Below are positions 48,293 through 57,464 of a stretch of DNA of 64,000 bases, in pieces. This DNA is from Alphaproteobacteria bacterium. GTDB lineage: Bacteria; Pseudomonadota; Alphaproteobacteria; MPNO01. Where the stretch lies: assembly GCA_964291675.2 (NCBI GenBank), contig OZ219866.1:384001-448000 (forward strand), in the 5' to 3' direction. Below the pieces are notes generated by a model. That model did not search any database and had not been told where the DNA came from. It was given only the letters and a program-made list of their open reading frames with translations. Every line of letters begins with the position of its first letter. Within the stretch, counting starts at the first letter, position 1. Position numbers and translations under genes: made by a program.

Positions 48293-49114
48293 CTAGCGGC
48301 CGCGATATTCCGCCGGGCGCTTCTCGCGGAAGGCGCGGATCCCCTCTTTGTGGTCCTCGGTGCGGATCAGCACCGACTGGCCGATGCGCTCCAGAATGCG
48401 CCCCGAATTGGTGTCGATCGAGTCGCAGGTGTTCATGATCGTCTTGGCGAGCCCCATGGCGAGCGGCGCCTTGCCGGCCAGCTTGCGGGCGAGCGCCATC
48501 GCCGCGTCCCTGAGCCCGGCGGCCGGGACGACGCGGGTCACCAGCCCGATCCTGAGCGCCTGCTCGGCGTCGATGAAGGTGCCGGCCAGCACCAGCTCCT
48601 TGGCCCAGCCCGGCCCGATCAGATTGACCAGCCGCGAGCAACCGCCCGAGCCCGGGATCAGGTTGATGTTGGCCTCGGTGAAGCCGAACCGGGCGTCGTC
48701 CGCGGCGATGCGGAAGTCGCAGGACATGGCGAGCTCCAGCCCGCCGCAGGCGCACACCCCCTGGGCGGCGCAGATCACCGGGATCTCGATGCGCTCCAGC
48801 AGGTCGAAGAAGTCGTGCACCCAGCGGTATTCCACGCGGAAGCGCTCGGTCGGCCAGTCGTTCTCGAACCAGCTCACATCGGCGCCGGCGCAGAACGCGC
48901 GCTCGCCCTCGGCGTCGATCACGATGACCCGGATCGCCGAGTTCGCCTCGATCCGCCTGGTCAGCCACAGGAACTCGGCCCGCATGTCGTCGTTGAAGGC
49001 GTTGAGGCGCTCGGGCCGGGCCAGCGTGACGGTCATGATCCCGTCGCCGTCGATGGCCACCCTGAGCGCCTTGAAGTCGTGCTCCTCGATGATCTCGTTG
49101 CCCTCGTCGATCAC
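48293..49114 (-). CDS. Enoyl-CoA hydratase/isomerase
   Basis: RPERLNAF, AFCAGADV, GGLELAMSCD, FTEANINLIPGSGG; GTG start after GAGGAG. Confidence 0.92.
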   Translation of the reverse strand: MIDEGNEIIEEHDFKALRVAIDGDGIMTVTLARPERLNAFNDDMRAEFLWLTRRIEANSAIRVIVIDAEGERAFCAGADVSWFENDWPTERFRVEYRWVHDFFDLLERIEIPVICAAQGVCACGGLELAMSCDFRIAADDARFGFTEANINLIPGSGGCSRLVNLIGPGWAKELVLAGTFIDAEQALRIGLVTRVVPAAGLRDAAMALARKLAGKAPLAMGLAKTIMNTCDSIDTNSGRILERIGQSVLIRTEDHKEGIRAFREKRPAEYRGR

Positions 49115-51410
49115 TGCCTGCTCCTCGTCGTTGCGTCCCGGCCGCGCAGCAGCGCGCGGACCCGTTCCGGGGCGATCGGCGTGCGGTCGATCGCGCCCTC
49201 GATGCCGATCGCCTCGTCGACCGCGCTTGCGATGGCGGCCGCGACCCCGTTGATACCGCCCTCGCCGCCGCCCTTGATGCCGAGCGGGTTGCGCGGGCTC
49301 GGCGCGTCCTCGGCGATCAGGCACGCGATGGCGGGCACCTCGGCTATCGTCGGCAGCTTGTAGTCGGCGAGCGTGACGGCGAGCGGCTGGCCGGCCGCGT
49401 CATACACGAACGCCTCGTAGAGCGCACCCCCGATCCCCTGGACGCAGCCGCCGACAAGCTGCCCCTCCAGCATGGCCGGGTTGACCGCGCGGCCCACGTC
49501 ATAGGCGATCAGGAATTTTTCGACCGTCACCTCCCCGGTGCCGGGATCGACGCGGACCACGGCGATATGTGCGCCATAGGGAAAGGTGCATTGCGCAGTT
49601 TCATAAAATGCCTCGGCGGCGAGCGCGTCGCGTCCCAGGGCGCGCACGATCCCGCCGAGCGAAATCGACGGGCCGCCTTCGCCCGCTTGCACCACGCCGT
49701 CCCGGATCGCCAGCCGTTCCGGCGGCGTCTGCAACAGCCCGGCGGCGGCGGCGAGCGCCTTCTCGCGCAGCGCCAGCGCGGTCGCGTGCACCGCGCTCCC
49801 GGTCAGCACCGTCGCCCGCGCGGCATGCGCGCCGATGCCGTAGGGGATGCGGTCGGTCTGGCCGTGCACCACCCGGACGGCGCGATAGTCGACGCCGAGC
49901 GCGGCGGCGCAGATCTGCGCCATCGCGGTCTCGAACCCCTGCCCGACCGAGGCGCCGCCGGTGACCGCCTCGACCGCCCCGTCGGCGTCGACGGCGATCC
50001 TGGCGCCGTCCGACGGCCCGCGCCCGCTCTCCTCGAGAAAGGTCGCGATCCCGGCCCCCACCAGCTCGCCCGCCGCCCGGCGCCGCGCGAGACCGGCCCT
50101 GAGCGCGTCCCAGCCCACCGCATCGAGCGCCTTGTGCAGCAGCAGCTCATAGTCGCCGCTGTCGAGCGCCAGCGTCTCGGCATAGGGCTCGTCATAGGCG
50201 ATCGTGCAGGGCAAATCGGCGGCCGGGATCAGGTTGCGCCTGCGGATCTCCACCCGGTCGATGCCGAGCCGGTCGGCCGCGGCGTCCATCAGCCGCTCGC
50301 GCACGAAGCTCGATTCGAACCGCCCCGGCGCGCGGTAGGTCGCGGCCGGCGCCTTGTTGGTCAGCCGGACATGGCAGGAGGCGCGGAACGCCGGCACGCG
50401 GTAGAGCCCGGGCAGCGAGCACATCGTGCGGTTGGGCACGCTCACCCCGTGGGTCCTGAGATAGGCCCCCTGGTCGTGCCAGATCTCGTCCTCCAGCGCG
50501 AGGATGCGGCCCTCGGCATCGACCGCGAGCCGCGCAAGGTGGCGCTGCTCGCGCCCCTGGTTGGCCGCCGTCAGATGCTCCTGGCGGTCCTCGATCCACT
50601 TGACCGGAGAACCCAAGCGCTTGGCCGCCAGCAGCACCAGCACATCCTCCGGGTAGAGCTCGCCGCGGATCCCGAACCCGCCGCCGACATGGCCCTCGTG
50701 GAGGTGGATCTTGTCGGGCGCGAGCCCCAGCATGCGGATCAGGGTCTCCTTGTTGCGGTGCGGCACCTTGGCCGCGCCGTGGAGCGCGAGAAGGTCGCGC
50801 GCTTCGTCGTAGACCCCGATCGCCCCCCTGGTCTCCATCGGCACCCCCGAATGCCGCCCGGTCGCGAGGTCGAGCGAGACCACCGCGTGGCCCTGGCGAA
50901 CCCGGCAGCCGCGTCGCCGTAGGTATGGGTGAGCAGCGCCGCCTCGGTGCCGAGCCCGGGGGCGAACTCGCCTTCCCCGGCATCCGCGGCGACCACCGCC
51001 GGCAGCGGGTCGAGATCGAGCTCGACCAGCTCGGCCGCGTCCTCGGCGAGATAGGCGGTCTCGGCGAACACCGCCGCCACCGGCTCGCCGACATAGCGCA
51101 CCCGGTCCCGCGCGAGGATGTGCTGGCGATAAGGCCTGAGCGACTCGACCCGGCGGTCGGCGCGGAAGTCGATCGGCGGGATGTCGGCGACATCGGCGGC
51201 CGACCACACCGCGCGCACCCCTTCCAGCGCCAGCGCGGCGGCGGCATCGACACCCCCGATCTCGGCATGGGCGTGCGGCGAGCGCACGATCCGCATGTGG
51301 AGCTGGCCCGGGAAGTCGATGTCGGCGGCGTAGCGCCCGCGCCCGGTGACCAGCGGGCGGTCCTCGATCCGCGCGAGCGGCTTGCCGAGCGGGTCTCCGG
51401 CGTCGGTCAC
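49111..51410 (-). pseudogene. Third xanthine dehydrogenase-family Mo large subunit, frameshifted near 50889
   Basis: N-terminal frame RIEDRPLVTGRG...GFARA; C-terminal frame HAVVSL...METRG, HVGGGFG, TYRAPGRFE, GIKGGGEGG; one C missing at GCC-(C)AC. Confidence 0.88.
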
Positions 51411-51422
51411 GGGGGGGTGGAG

Positions 51423-51533
51423 CGTCCTTCGATACGCGCCCTTCGGGCGCTACTCAGGATGAGGTGGGGGTTTGAGCCGCACGCAACCCCTTCCCTCATC
51501 CTGAGTAGCGGCGAAGCCGCGTATCGAAGGACG
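51423..51533. repeat. REPIN-like element, copy C
   Basis: CGTCCTTCGATACGCGCCCTTCGGGCGCTACTCAGGATGAGG ... CCTCATCCTGAGTAGCGGCGAAGCCGCGTATCGAAGGACG. Confidence 0.92.
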
Positions 51534-51574
51534 GCATCGGCCGCGTCGGCGGTTCCAACCGAAACGGACACGCG

Positions 51575-52762
51575 CTAAACCTGCCCCAGCGGGTCGAGCC
51601 CGAGCAGCGCCTTGCCGGCGTTCTCGAAATTGGACGGCGCCGCCTGCACCTGCTGCGCGACCGTGTTCATGTCGCGGAACCGCCGCTCGAACGGGTTCGC
51701 GGCATGGATCGCCGTGGCGCCGGCCCGGTGATAGGCCATCGCCACCACCTCGCGGGCGCGGGTCGATGCGTAGGCGCAGGCGATGCGGAGCCGCGCCCGG
51801 CGGTCGAGGTCGAGCGCATCACCGCGCCCGAGCGTGTGCCAGGCCTCGTCCGCCATCTCCAGCATGAAGGCCCGCGAGGCGCCGAGATGGCCCTCGGCCA
51901 GCGCCACGTCGGACTGCACCGCGGTGCTCTCGCGCATCGCGCCCGCGGAATAGCTCGCGGTCTTGGCGGCGGCGAGCGCGACGAACGCATCGAGCGCCGC
52001 CCGCGCGATGCCGAGCGCGACGCCGGCGAAGGCGATTCCGTAGAACGCGGTGAGCGCGAGCCGGTAGAGCGGGCCGTCCTCGCGCCGGTCGGGGGCGTGG
52101 TCGCGCAGGAAGCTGCGGCCCCGGGGCACGAGCAGACCGTCCACCGCGTAGTCGTCGCTGCCGGTTCCCCTCAGCCCCATCGTGTCCCACACCGGCTCGA
52201 TGGCGGCGGCGGCGGCGGGGAACAGGAAGGTGCGGATGCGCGGGCGGCCCCCGGCGGTGAGAAGCGGCGCCCCGTCCGGCCCGGTCTCGAAGTAATGGGC
52301 GCCCAGCCAGCTCGCGTTGCGGATGCCGCTGGCATAGGACCAGCGCCCGCTCAGCCGCCAGCCGCCGTCCGCCGGCACCGCGCGCGCGGTCTGGTTGACC
52401 GGCCCCCAGGCGCACACCGCATCGGGCGCGCCGAAGATCTCGCGCGCGACGTCCGGTGCAAGAAATGCAGCGGAAAGCGAGCAACCGAGCGCCTGACCGA
52501 GACACCAGGCGGTGCTCGCATCCGCCGCGGCGACGGTCTCGACCACGGCGACCAGCTCGGCCGGCGACGCCTCGCCGCCGCCCATCGAGCGCGGCAGGCA
52601 GAGCCGGTAGAGCTCCGCCTCGTGCATCGCCGCCATGGCGGCGTCCGTCACCCTGCCGCCGCGCTCGGTGCGCCCGGACTCGGCGGCGATCAGCGGCGCC
52701 ACGCCGCGGGCGCGCGCCACCCAGTCGACCGCGCGCGGCTTCAGCGGTTCGGGGGTCGCCAA
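51575..52762 (-). CDS. Acyl-CoA dehydrogenase-fold flavin-dependent hydroxylase (HsaA/C2-like)
   Basis: PRSMGGGE, ADASTAW, GRWSYASG, WDTMGLRGTGSDD, ERRFRD; TTG start estimated. Confidence 0.85.
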   Translation of the reverse strand: MATPEPLKPRAVDWVARARGVAPLIAAESGRTERGGRVTDAAMAAMHEAELYRLCLPRSMGGGEASPAELVAVVETVAAADASTAWCLGQALGCSLSAAFLAPDVAREIFGAPDAVCAWGPVNQTARAVPADGGWRLSGRWSYASGIRNASWLGAHYFETGPDGAPLLTAGGRPRIRTFLFPAAAAAIEPVWDTMGLRGTGSDDYAVDGLLVPRGRSFLRDHAPDRREDGPLYRLALTAFYGIAFAGVALGIARAALDAFVALAAAKTASYSAGAMRESTAVQSDVALAEGHLGASRAFMLEMADEAWHTLGRGDALDLDRRARLRIACAYASTRAREVVAMAYHRAGATAIHAANPFERRFRDMNTVAQQVQAAPSNFENAGKALLGLDPLGQV

Positions 52763-52782
52763 CGCGCCAGCCTCGCCCGGTC

Positions 52783-53199
52783 TCAGCCGTCCTCGCAGTC
52801 GAGCCTGAGCGACAGCGAGTTGATGCAGTAGCGCTGCCCGGTCGGCATCGGCCCGTCGGGAAAGACATGGCCGAGATGGGCGTCGCAGCGCGCGCAATGC
52901 ACCTCGGTGCGGACCATGAACAGGCTGCGGTCGGTGGTGGTGCCGACCGCTTCGGCATCGTGCGGCTGGTAGAAGCTGGGCCAGCCGGTGCCGGAGTTGA
53001 ACTTGGTCCTGGAATCGAACAGCTCTCGCCCGCAGCAGACGCAGACATAGGTGCCCGCGTCCTTGCAGCCGTCGTACTCGCCCGAGAACGGCCGTTCGGT
53101 CGCGTGCTGGCGGGTGACGGCGTATTGCTCCGGCGTGAGCTGGGCGCGCCACTCCTCGTCGGTCTTCTCGACCTTGCCGGGCTTGGTGTCGGTTGTCAT
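52783..53199 (-). CDS. msrB: Peptide-methionine (R)-S-oxide reductase
   Basis: [44 protein letters not shown]. Confidence 0.97.
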   Translation of the reverse strand: MTTDTKPGKVEKTDEEWRAQLTPEQYAVTRQHATERPFSGEYDGCKDAGTYVCVCCGRELFDSRTKFNSGTGWPSFYQPHDAEAVGTTTDRSLFMVRTEVHCARCDAHLGHVFPDGPMPTGQRYCINSLSLRLDCEDG

Positions 53200-53203
53200 C
53201 GGC

Positions 53204-53929
53204 TCAGCCTCCTCCGTACAGGCGTTCCAGCACGTCTCCGAACGCGCGCAGCGCATCCGCCCCGGCGCCTGCATAGCTGGAGCCGTGCATGCAGGCGAGC
53301 GTCTCCGGCCCGAGCCCGGCGAGGCGCTCCAGGACCGGCCGGGTCTCGCGCGTCCAGGGCACCGAATGCGACATCGGCCCCTCGGCCTGGGTCGCGTTGT
53401 AGGCGTCGGTGCGGGCGATTATGTCGCCCTCGAAGAGCGGCTCGACATCGCCGTTATGGCCGAACAGGTCGGAGCAGAACAGCGTCCTGGTGGTCTCGTC
53501 GAACAGCAGGCTCGCATCCCAGCCATGCGGCACGTGCTTGGTCTCGACGACGCGGAAGCGGTGGCTGCCGGTCTCGATCCGCTCGTACTCGCCGAGCACG
53601 CGCGGCGGGCGGATCGCGAAATCGCCGACCGAGGTGCGCGCGCCGACGAAGCTGCACACCGGCTCGGCCCCGGGCGCCAGCGCGAGCCAGTCGTTGAGGG
53701 TCGCGCACTCGTCGGCCTCGAAATGGCTGAACCCGATCCAGCGAATGGTCGCCGGGTCGAGCACGGTGGCGGCGGCCTCGCGGATCTCGTCGAAGAAGCC
53801 GCGCAGATTGGTGTGGTAGAGCAGCGGCTCGGCGTCGCGCACCAGGAAGCTGTTGAACTGGAAGTTCGCCGGCGCATGGAACGCCGACAGCCGGAACACA
53901 TCGGGCGCGATCTCGGTGACCTGGGCCAT
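53204..53929 (-). CDS. MBL-fold di-iron protein (FprA/ODP-like, no flavodoxin domain)
   Basis: [25 protein letters not shown]. Confidence 0.8.
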   Translation of the reverse strand: MAQVTEIAPDVFRLSAFHAPANFQFNSFLVRDAEPLLYHTNLRGFFDEIREAAATVLDPATIRWIGFSHFEADECATLNDWLALAPGAEPVCSFVGARTSVGDFAIRPPRVLGEYERIETGSHRFRVVETKHVPHGWDASLLFDETTRTLFCSDLFGHNGDVEPLFEGDIIARTDAYNATQAEGPMSHSVPWTRETRPVLERLAGLGPETLACMHGSSYAGAGADALRAFGDVLERLYGGG

Positions 53930-54096
53930 GGCGCGTCAACTCCGTCCGGCGGGCGGGCTCATCCCGGGCTTCACGCTCGGAACCGCGCCGAGTCTAGAGG
54001 AATTCGGCCGGGGCGGGAATGGCGGGGCTTCTCTCCGCTCGTCCTCTCGACCGGACACCGGATTCGATCCGGGGCGAAGACAGGCGAACGGATGGT

Positions 54097-54113
54097 TGAT
54101 TGCAATGCAAGCA
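54097..54113. promoter_or_regulatory. Candidate antitoxin operator palindrome
   Basis: TGATTGCA-A-TGCAAGCA about 40 nt upstream of the FitA-like gene. Confidence 0.5.
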
Positions 54114-54153
54114 CAGCTTAGGCTTGCGGTCTTTCAAGCAGGAGGGCGAACCC

Positions 54154-54396
54154 GTGGCCAGCATCACCATCCGCAAGCTTGACGACGAGGTGAAGACCCG
54201 GCTGCGCGTGCGCGCGGCGGCCAACGGCCGGTCCATGGAGGAGGAAGCGCGGGTGATCCTGCGCGAGGCGGTGGACGACAAACCCGCCTCGAAGGACCTC
54301 GCGAGCATTATCCGCGAATATTTCGGACCGTCGAAGGGCGTCGACCTGGAATTGCCGCCGCGCGATCCGATCCGGGAGCCTCCCCGGTTCGAGTGA
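54154..54396 (+). CDS. FitA-like ribbon-helix-helix antitoxin (plasmid stability protein)
   Basis: ASITIRKLDDEVKTRLRVRAAANGRSMEEEARVIL...LELPPR; GTG after AGGAGGG. Confidence 0.92.
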   Translation: MASITIRKLDDEVKTRLRVRAAANGRSMEEEARVILREAVDDKPASKDLASIIREYFGPSKGVDLELPPRDPIREPPRFE

Positions 54397-54406
54397 GGCG
54401 GAACCC

Positions 54407-54829
54407 GTGGTCGTCCTCGACACCAATGTCGTGTCCGAGTTGATGCGCAAGTCGCCTTTTGCCGCCGTGGACGCGTGGGCCGCGCGTCACGCGGCAGATG
54501 ATCTTTACTTTACGGCGGTGGGCGAGGCGGAGCTTCGCTACGGAGCCGCCATAATGCCGGCGGGCCGCCGCCGCGATACGCTCGTCTCGGACATAGACTC
54601 CATGCTGCTCGCGGCGTTCGACCGCCGGATTCTGCCCTTCGACAGCGACGCGGCGGCCGCCTATGCGGAGATGGCTGCCGTCCGCCGCCGATCGGGCCGA
54701 CCGGTCTCCCAGCCGGATTGCCAGATCGCGGCCATTGCGCGGTCGCGCGGCATGGCGGTGGCGACGCGGAACGTGCGCGACTTCGCCGAGATGGGTATCG
54801 ACGTGATCGACCCGTGGGAAATCGCCTGA
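54407..54829 (+). CDS. vapC: PIN-domain toxin (VapC/FitB)
   Basis: VLDTNVVSE, AELRYG, LPFD, DCQIAAIA, ATRNVRDF, IDPW. Confidence 0.94.
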   Translation: MVVLDTNVVSELMRKSPFAAVDAWAARHAADDLYFTAVGEAELRYGAAIMPAGRRRDTLVSDIDSMLLAAFDRRILPFDSDAAAAYAEMAAVRRRSGRPVSQPDCQIAAIARSRGMAVATRNVRDFAEMGIDVIDPWEIA

Positions 54830-54976
54830 CTGGCGCCGCTCGCGCGGGAATCGGCGTGGCCGCTTGACCGGGCGGGAGGTGGCGCACGCCGGCTCGAACG
54901 AACCGGAAAACCGGTCCATAGTTGGCGCTTCGACCGCGGCGCGGCCGCGGGGACCGGGAAGGGGGATCGGCGTCGG

Positions 54977-55762
54977 ATGGACTACGAGAACGTGCTGACC
55001 GAAATGGATGGCGAGCTGCTGATCGTCACGCTGCACTGGCCGGAGCGCCATAACGCGCTCGATCGCCAAATGCGGGTCGACCTGCTGGACTGCGTCCGCC
55101 GCGCCGAGACCGACGAAGCGGTCAGGGCCATCGTGATCACCGGACATGGCAACAAATCGTTCAGCGCGGGCGCCAACATTCCCGAGCTCAAGCAGCGGAC
55201 GCTGGTATCGGAGATGGGTCCTGCGGCGACGCTGCGGAAGGACCTGCCGACGGCCATCGAACGCCTGGCCAAGCCGAGCGTCGCCGCGATCAACGGCTAT
55301 TGCTTCGGCGCCGGGCTGGAGCTCGCCATGGGGTGCACGATCCGCATCGCCTCCGAGAACGCCCTGCTCGGCCAGCCGGAGATCGCGCTGGGACAGATCC
55401 CGGGCAGCGGCGGGACGCAGCGCCTGTATCGCTTCGTCGGTCTCGGCTGGGCCATGCAGATGGTGCTGACCGGGCAGCGCATCGACGCCCGGATGGCGGC
55501 GTCCATCGGCCTGGTCACCGAGGTCTTGCCGCAGGCGGACCTGCTGGACCGGGCGAAGGAGCTGGCGCGCGACATGGGCTCCCGCGCCCCGATGGCGTTC
55601 GTCGCCGGGCGCGACGCCGTGCTGCGCTCGACGGAGACCGATCTGCTCACCGGCATCGACTACGAGCGCAAGCTCTATGCCATCTGCATGGGCACCGAGG
55701 ACGTCCGAGAAGGCATGCAGGCCTACGCCGAGAAGCGCGCGCCGGAATACCGGGGACGGTGA
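54977..55762 (+). CDS. Enoyl-CoA hydratase/isomerase
   Basis: PERHNALD, FSAGANI, GAGLELAMGC, QPEIALGQIPGSGGTQRL. Confidence 0.92.
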   Translation: MDYENVLTEMDGELLIVTLHWPERHNALDRQMRVDLLDCVRRAETDEAVRAIVITGHGNKSFSAGANIPELKQRTLVSEMGPAATLRKDLPTAIERLAKPSVAAINGYCFGAGLELAMGCTIRIASENALLGQPEIALGQIPGSGGTQRLYRFVGLGWAMQMVLTGQRIDARMAASIGLVTEVLPQADLLDRAKELARDMGSRAPMAFVAGRDAVLRSTETDLLTGIDYERKLYAICMGTEDVREGMQAYAEKRAPEYRGR

Positions 55763-55851
55763 GGCGGCCCCGGCCTTCCCGGTCGCTCTTCCGGTGGCGG
55801 GCGGCGTGGATGGCGGGAACCAGTCCATTGCTGTCGCGGATTGGGTAGCAT

Positions 55852-55887
55852 CGGACAAAGCGAACATACTTTACATACTGGACAAAA
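55852..55887 (+). promoter_or_regulatory. Four imperfect 9-bp tandem repeats upstream of the Xre-RES pair
   Basis: CGGACAAAG/CGAACATAC/TTTACATAC/TGGACAAAA. Confidence 0.5.
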
Positions 55888-55931
55888 CGGCGATTATCGT
55901 CCCTGTTCGTGGAGAGCCAAGGGGCGACGGC

Positions 55932-56495
55932 ATGGTCAGGTCGAGCGGACCGCCGCGGGAAGAGATGGGCATCCTCGTAGAGAATCTTCCGCCCTTGTCG
56001 AGCGGTGCCAGGAACTTCATGCGACACCATCCCCGGGAAGCGTGCCTGGCGGTGGCCGTTGCCCTGGAGACGGCGGCTGCGCAAAGCGCGGCCGCAGACG
56101 GGAAAGCGGGCCTTGAAGTGCCGGAGAAGTTGCGGGGTTTCATCCGCCCCCAGCACCGAGGGGAAGAAATTCTCGGTGCCTCGGCGGCGGCGGCGCGGCT
56201 CGAAGTGTCGAGGACCACTGTCTATGACTGGGTGGAACGAAAGACGCTGATTGCCTGGAGGTCCACCAAGCGCGGGCTGAGCATTCCGGCAGCGCAGATT
56301 CTCGGCCCCGGCCATGTCGTCACGGGTCTCGCGGGTATTGTCGACATCGTTGGAGATGCGGAGCTTGCGTGGGCGTTCCTTACCCGGGAATGGCCGTTCG
56401 AGGACTCGGTGGCAGCACCCCTGGAACTGCTGAAATCCGGCCGGGTCAAGGAAGTTCTGGACGCGGCGCCCGGCTTTGGCTCCACGTTCACGTGA
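55932..56495 (+). CDS. Putative antitoxin (HTH plus Xre/MbcA/ParS-like C-terminus)
   Basis: HTH AAAARLEVSRTTVYDW; C-terminal AWAFL...PLELLKSG; GTGA overlap with the RES gene. Confidence 0.78.
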   Translation: MVRSSGPPREEMGILVENLPPLSSGARNFMRHHPREACLAVAVALETAAAQSAAADGKAGLEVPEKLRGFIRPQHRGEEILGASAAAARLEVSRTTVYDWVERKTLIAWRSTKRGLSIPAAQILGPGHVVTGLAGIVDIVGDAELAWAFLTREWPFEDSVAAPLELLKSGRVKEVLDAAPGFGSTFT

Positions 56496-57085
56496 GCGCG
56501 GCCGGCTACCCTCGGGACCGGATCGAGGCCGTACTCCGGAAGGCAAGCCTTCCAGACTGCTACCGGATCGTGCCGGCCAGCTTCCTGGCATCGCCGCTCG
56601 GAACCGTTCCCGCCGATTCGCGCTTTTGCTCGCGGGACGCCGGCTACGCGGTGCTCTACGCGACGCCCGATTTCGCCACCGCCTTTGTCGAAACGGTGGT
56701 GCGGGACAGGTTCACGCGAAGCCGGCTACGCGACGTGGCGTTGAAGGAGATCACGGGGCGGGGTTGGGCGCAGATTTCGAGCCGTCGTGCCGTCGTTCTG
56801 ACCCTGCTCGACCTTCGGGGAGACGGGTGCACCCGGATCGGCGCGCCAACCGATGCGATTCACGCGCGAAATCACGCGGCGGGACGCGCCTTTGCGACGT
56901 CGATCCACGGAGGACATACCGATGTCGACGGGCTGCTCTAAGTGTCTCGCCTGACCGGCGCGGATGTCTACGCGATATTCGACCGTGCCGTTGGCAAGCT
57001 GGATTGCCCGGCGGCGGGAATGTTGACAGATCACCCGGACCTGCCGGACGTCCTGGCGCGACACGATATCCGTCTGTTGGGCTAA
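56492..57085 (+). pseudogene. RES-domain toxin interrupted by an in-frame TAA at 56939-56941
   Basis: SRF...VLYATPDFATAFVETVVRD...DVDGLL*VSRLTGADVYAIFDRA; frame continues 47 codons to TAA at 57085. Confidence 0.87.
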
Positions 57086-57185
57086 GGCGGGGGCCGGCCG
57101 TGACGGTCGGGAGAATGGTGAGAACGCTTCCAACCAAAACGGGCGCGCACTAGGTTTGCCGGTGGTCAAGCAGGAGGGCGGACCC

Positions 57186-57428
57186 GTGGCCAGCATCACC
57201 ATCCGCAAGCTCGGAGACAAAACAAGGCGCCGGCTGCGCGTGCGTGCGGCGGCGAACGGCCGGTCCATGGAGGAGGAAGCGCGCGCGATCGGGCGCGATG
57301 CGGTCGCCGGCGAACACGAGGCGAAGGATATGGCCACTATCATCCGCGAGTTCTTCGGGCCTCATGGCGGGGTGGAGCTCGAATTGCCGCCGCGCGAACC
57401 CGCACGCGAGCCGCCCGAATTCGATTGA
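57186..57428 (+). CDS. Second FitA-like antitoxin paralog (orphan)
   Basis: ASITIRKLGDKTRRRLRVRAAANGRSMEEEAR...LELPPR; DNA and RBS region closely match 54134-54396. Confidence 0.85.
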   Translation: MASITIRKLGDKTRRRLRVRAAANGRSMEEEARAIGRDAVAGEHEAKDMATIIREFFGPHGGVELELPPREPAREPPEFD

Positions 57429-57440
57429 GACGGCGGCGCA

Positions 57441-57464
57441 ATCGACCCGTGGGAAGCGGCCTGA
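57441..57464 (+). pseudogene. 3' terminal remnant of a deleted vapC
   Basis: ATCGACCCGTGGGAAGCGGCCTGA (IDPWEAA*) vs 54806-54829 ATCGACCCGTGGGAAATCGCCTGA (IDPWEIA*), 21/24 identical. Confidence 0.8.

Noticed and set aside
56939-56941. Selenocysteine or pyrrolysine readthrough of the RES stop
   Set aside because: The codon is TAA (not TGA/TAG) at a position expected to be Tyr
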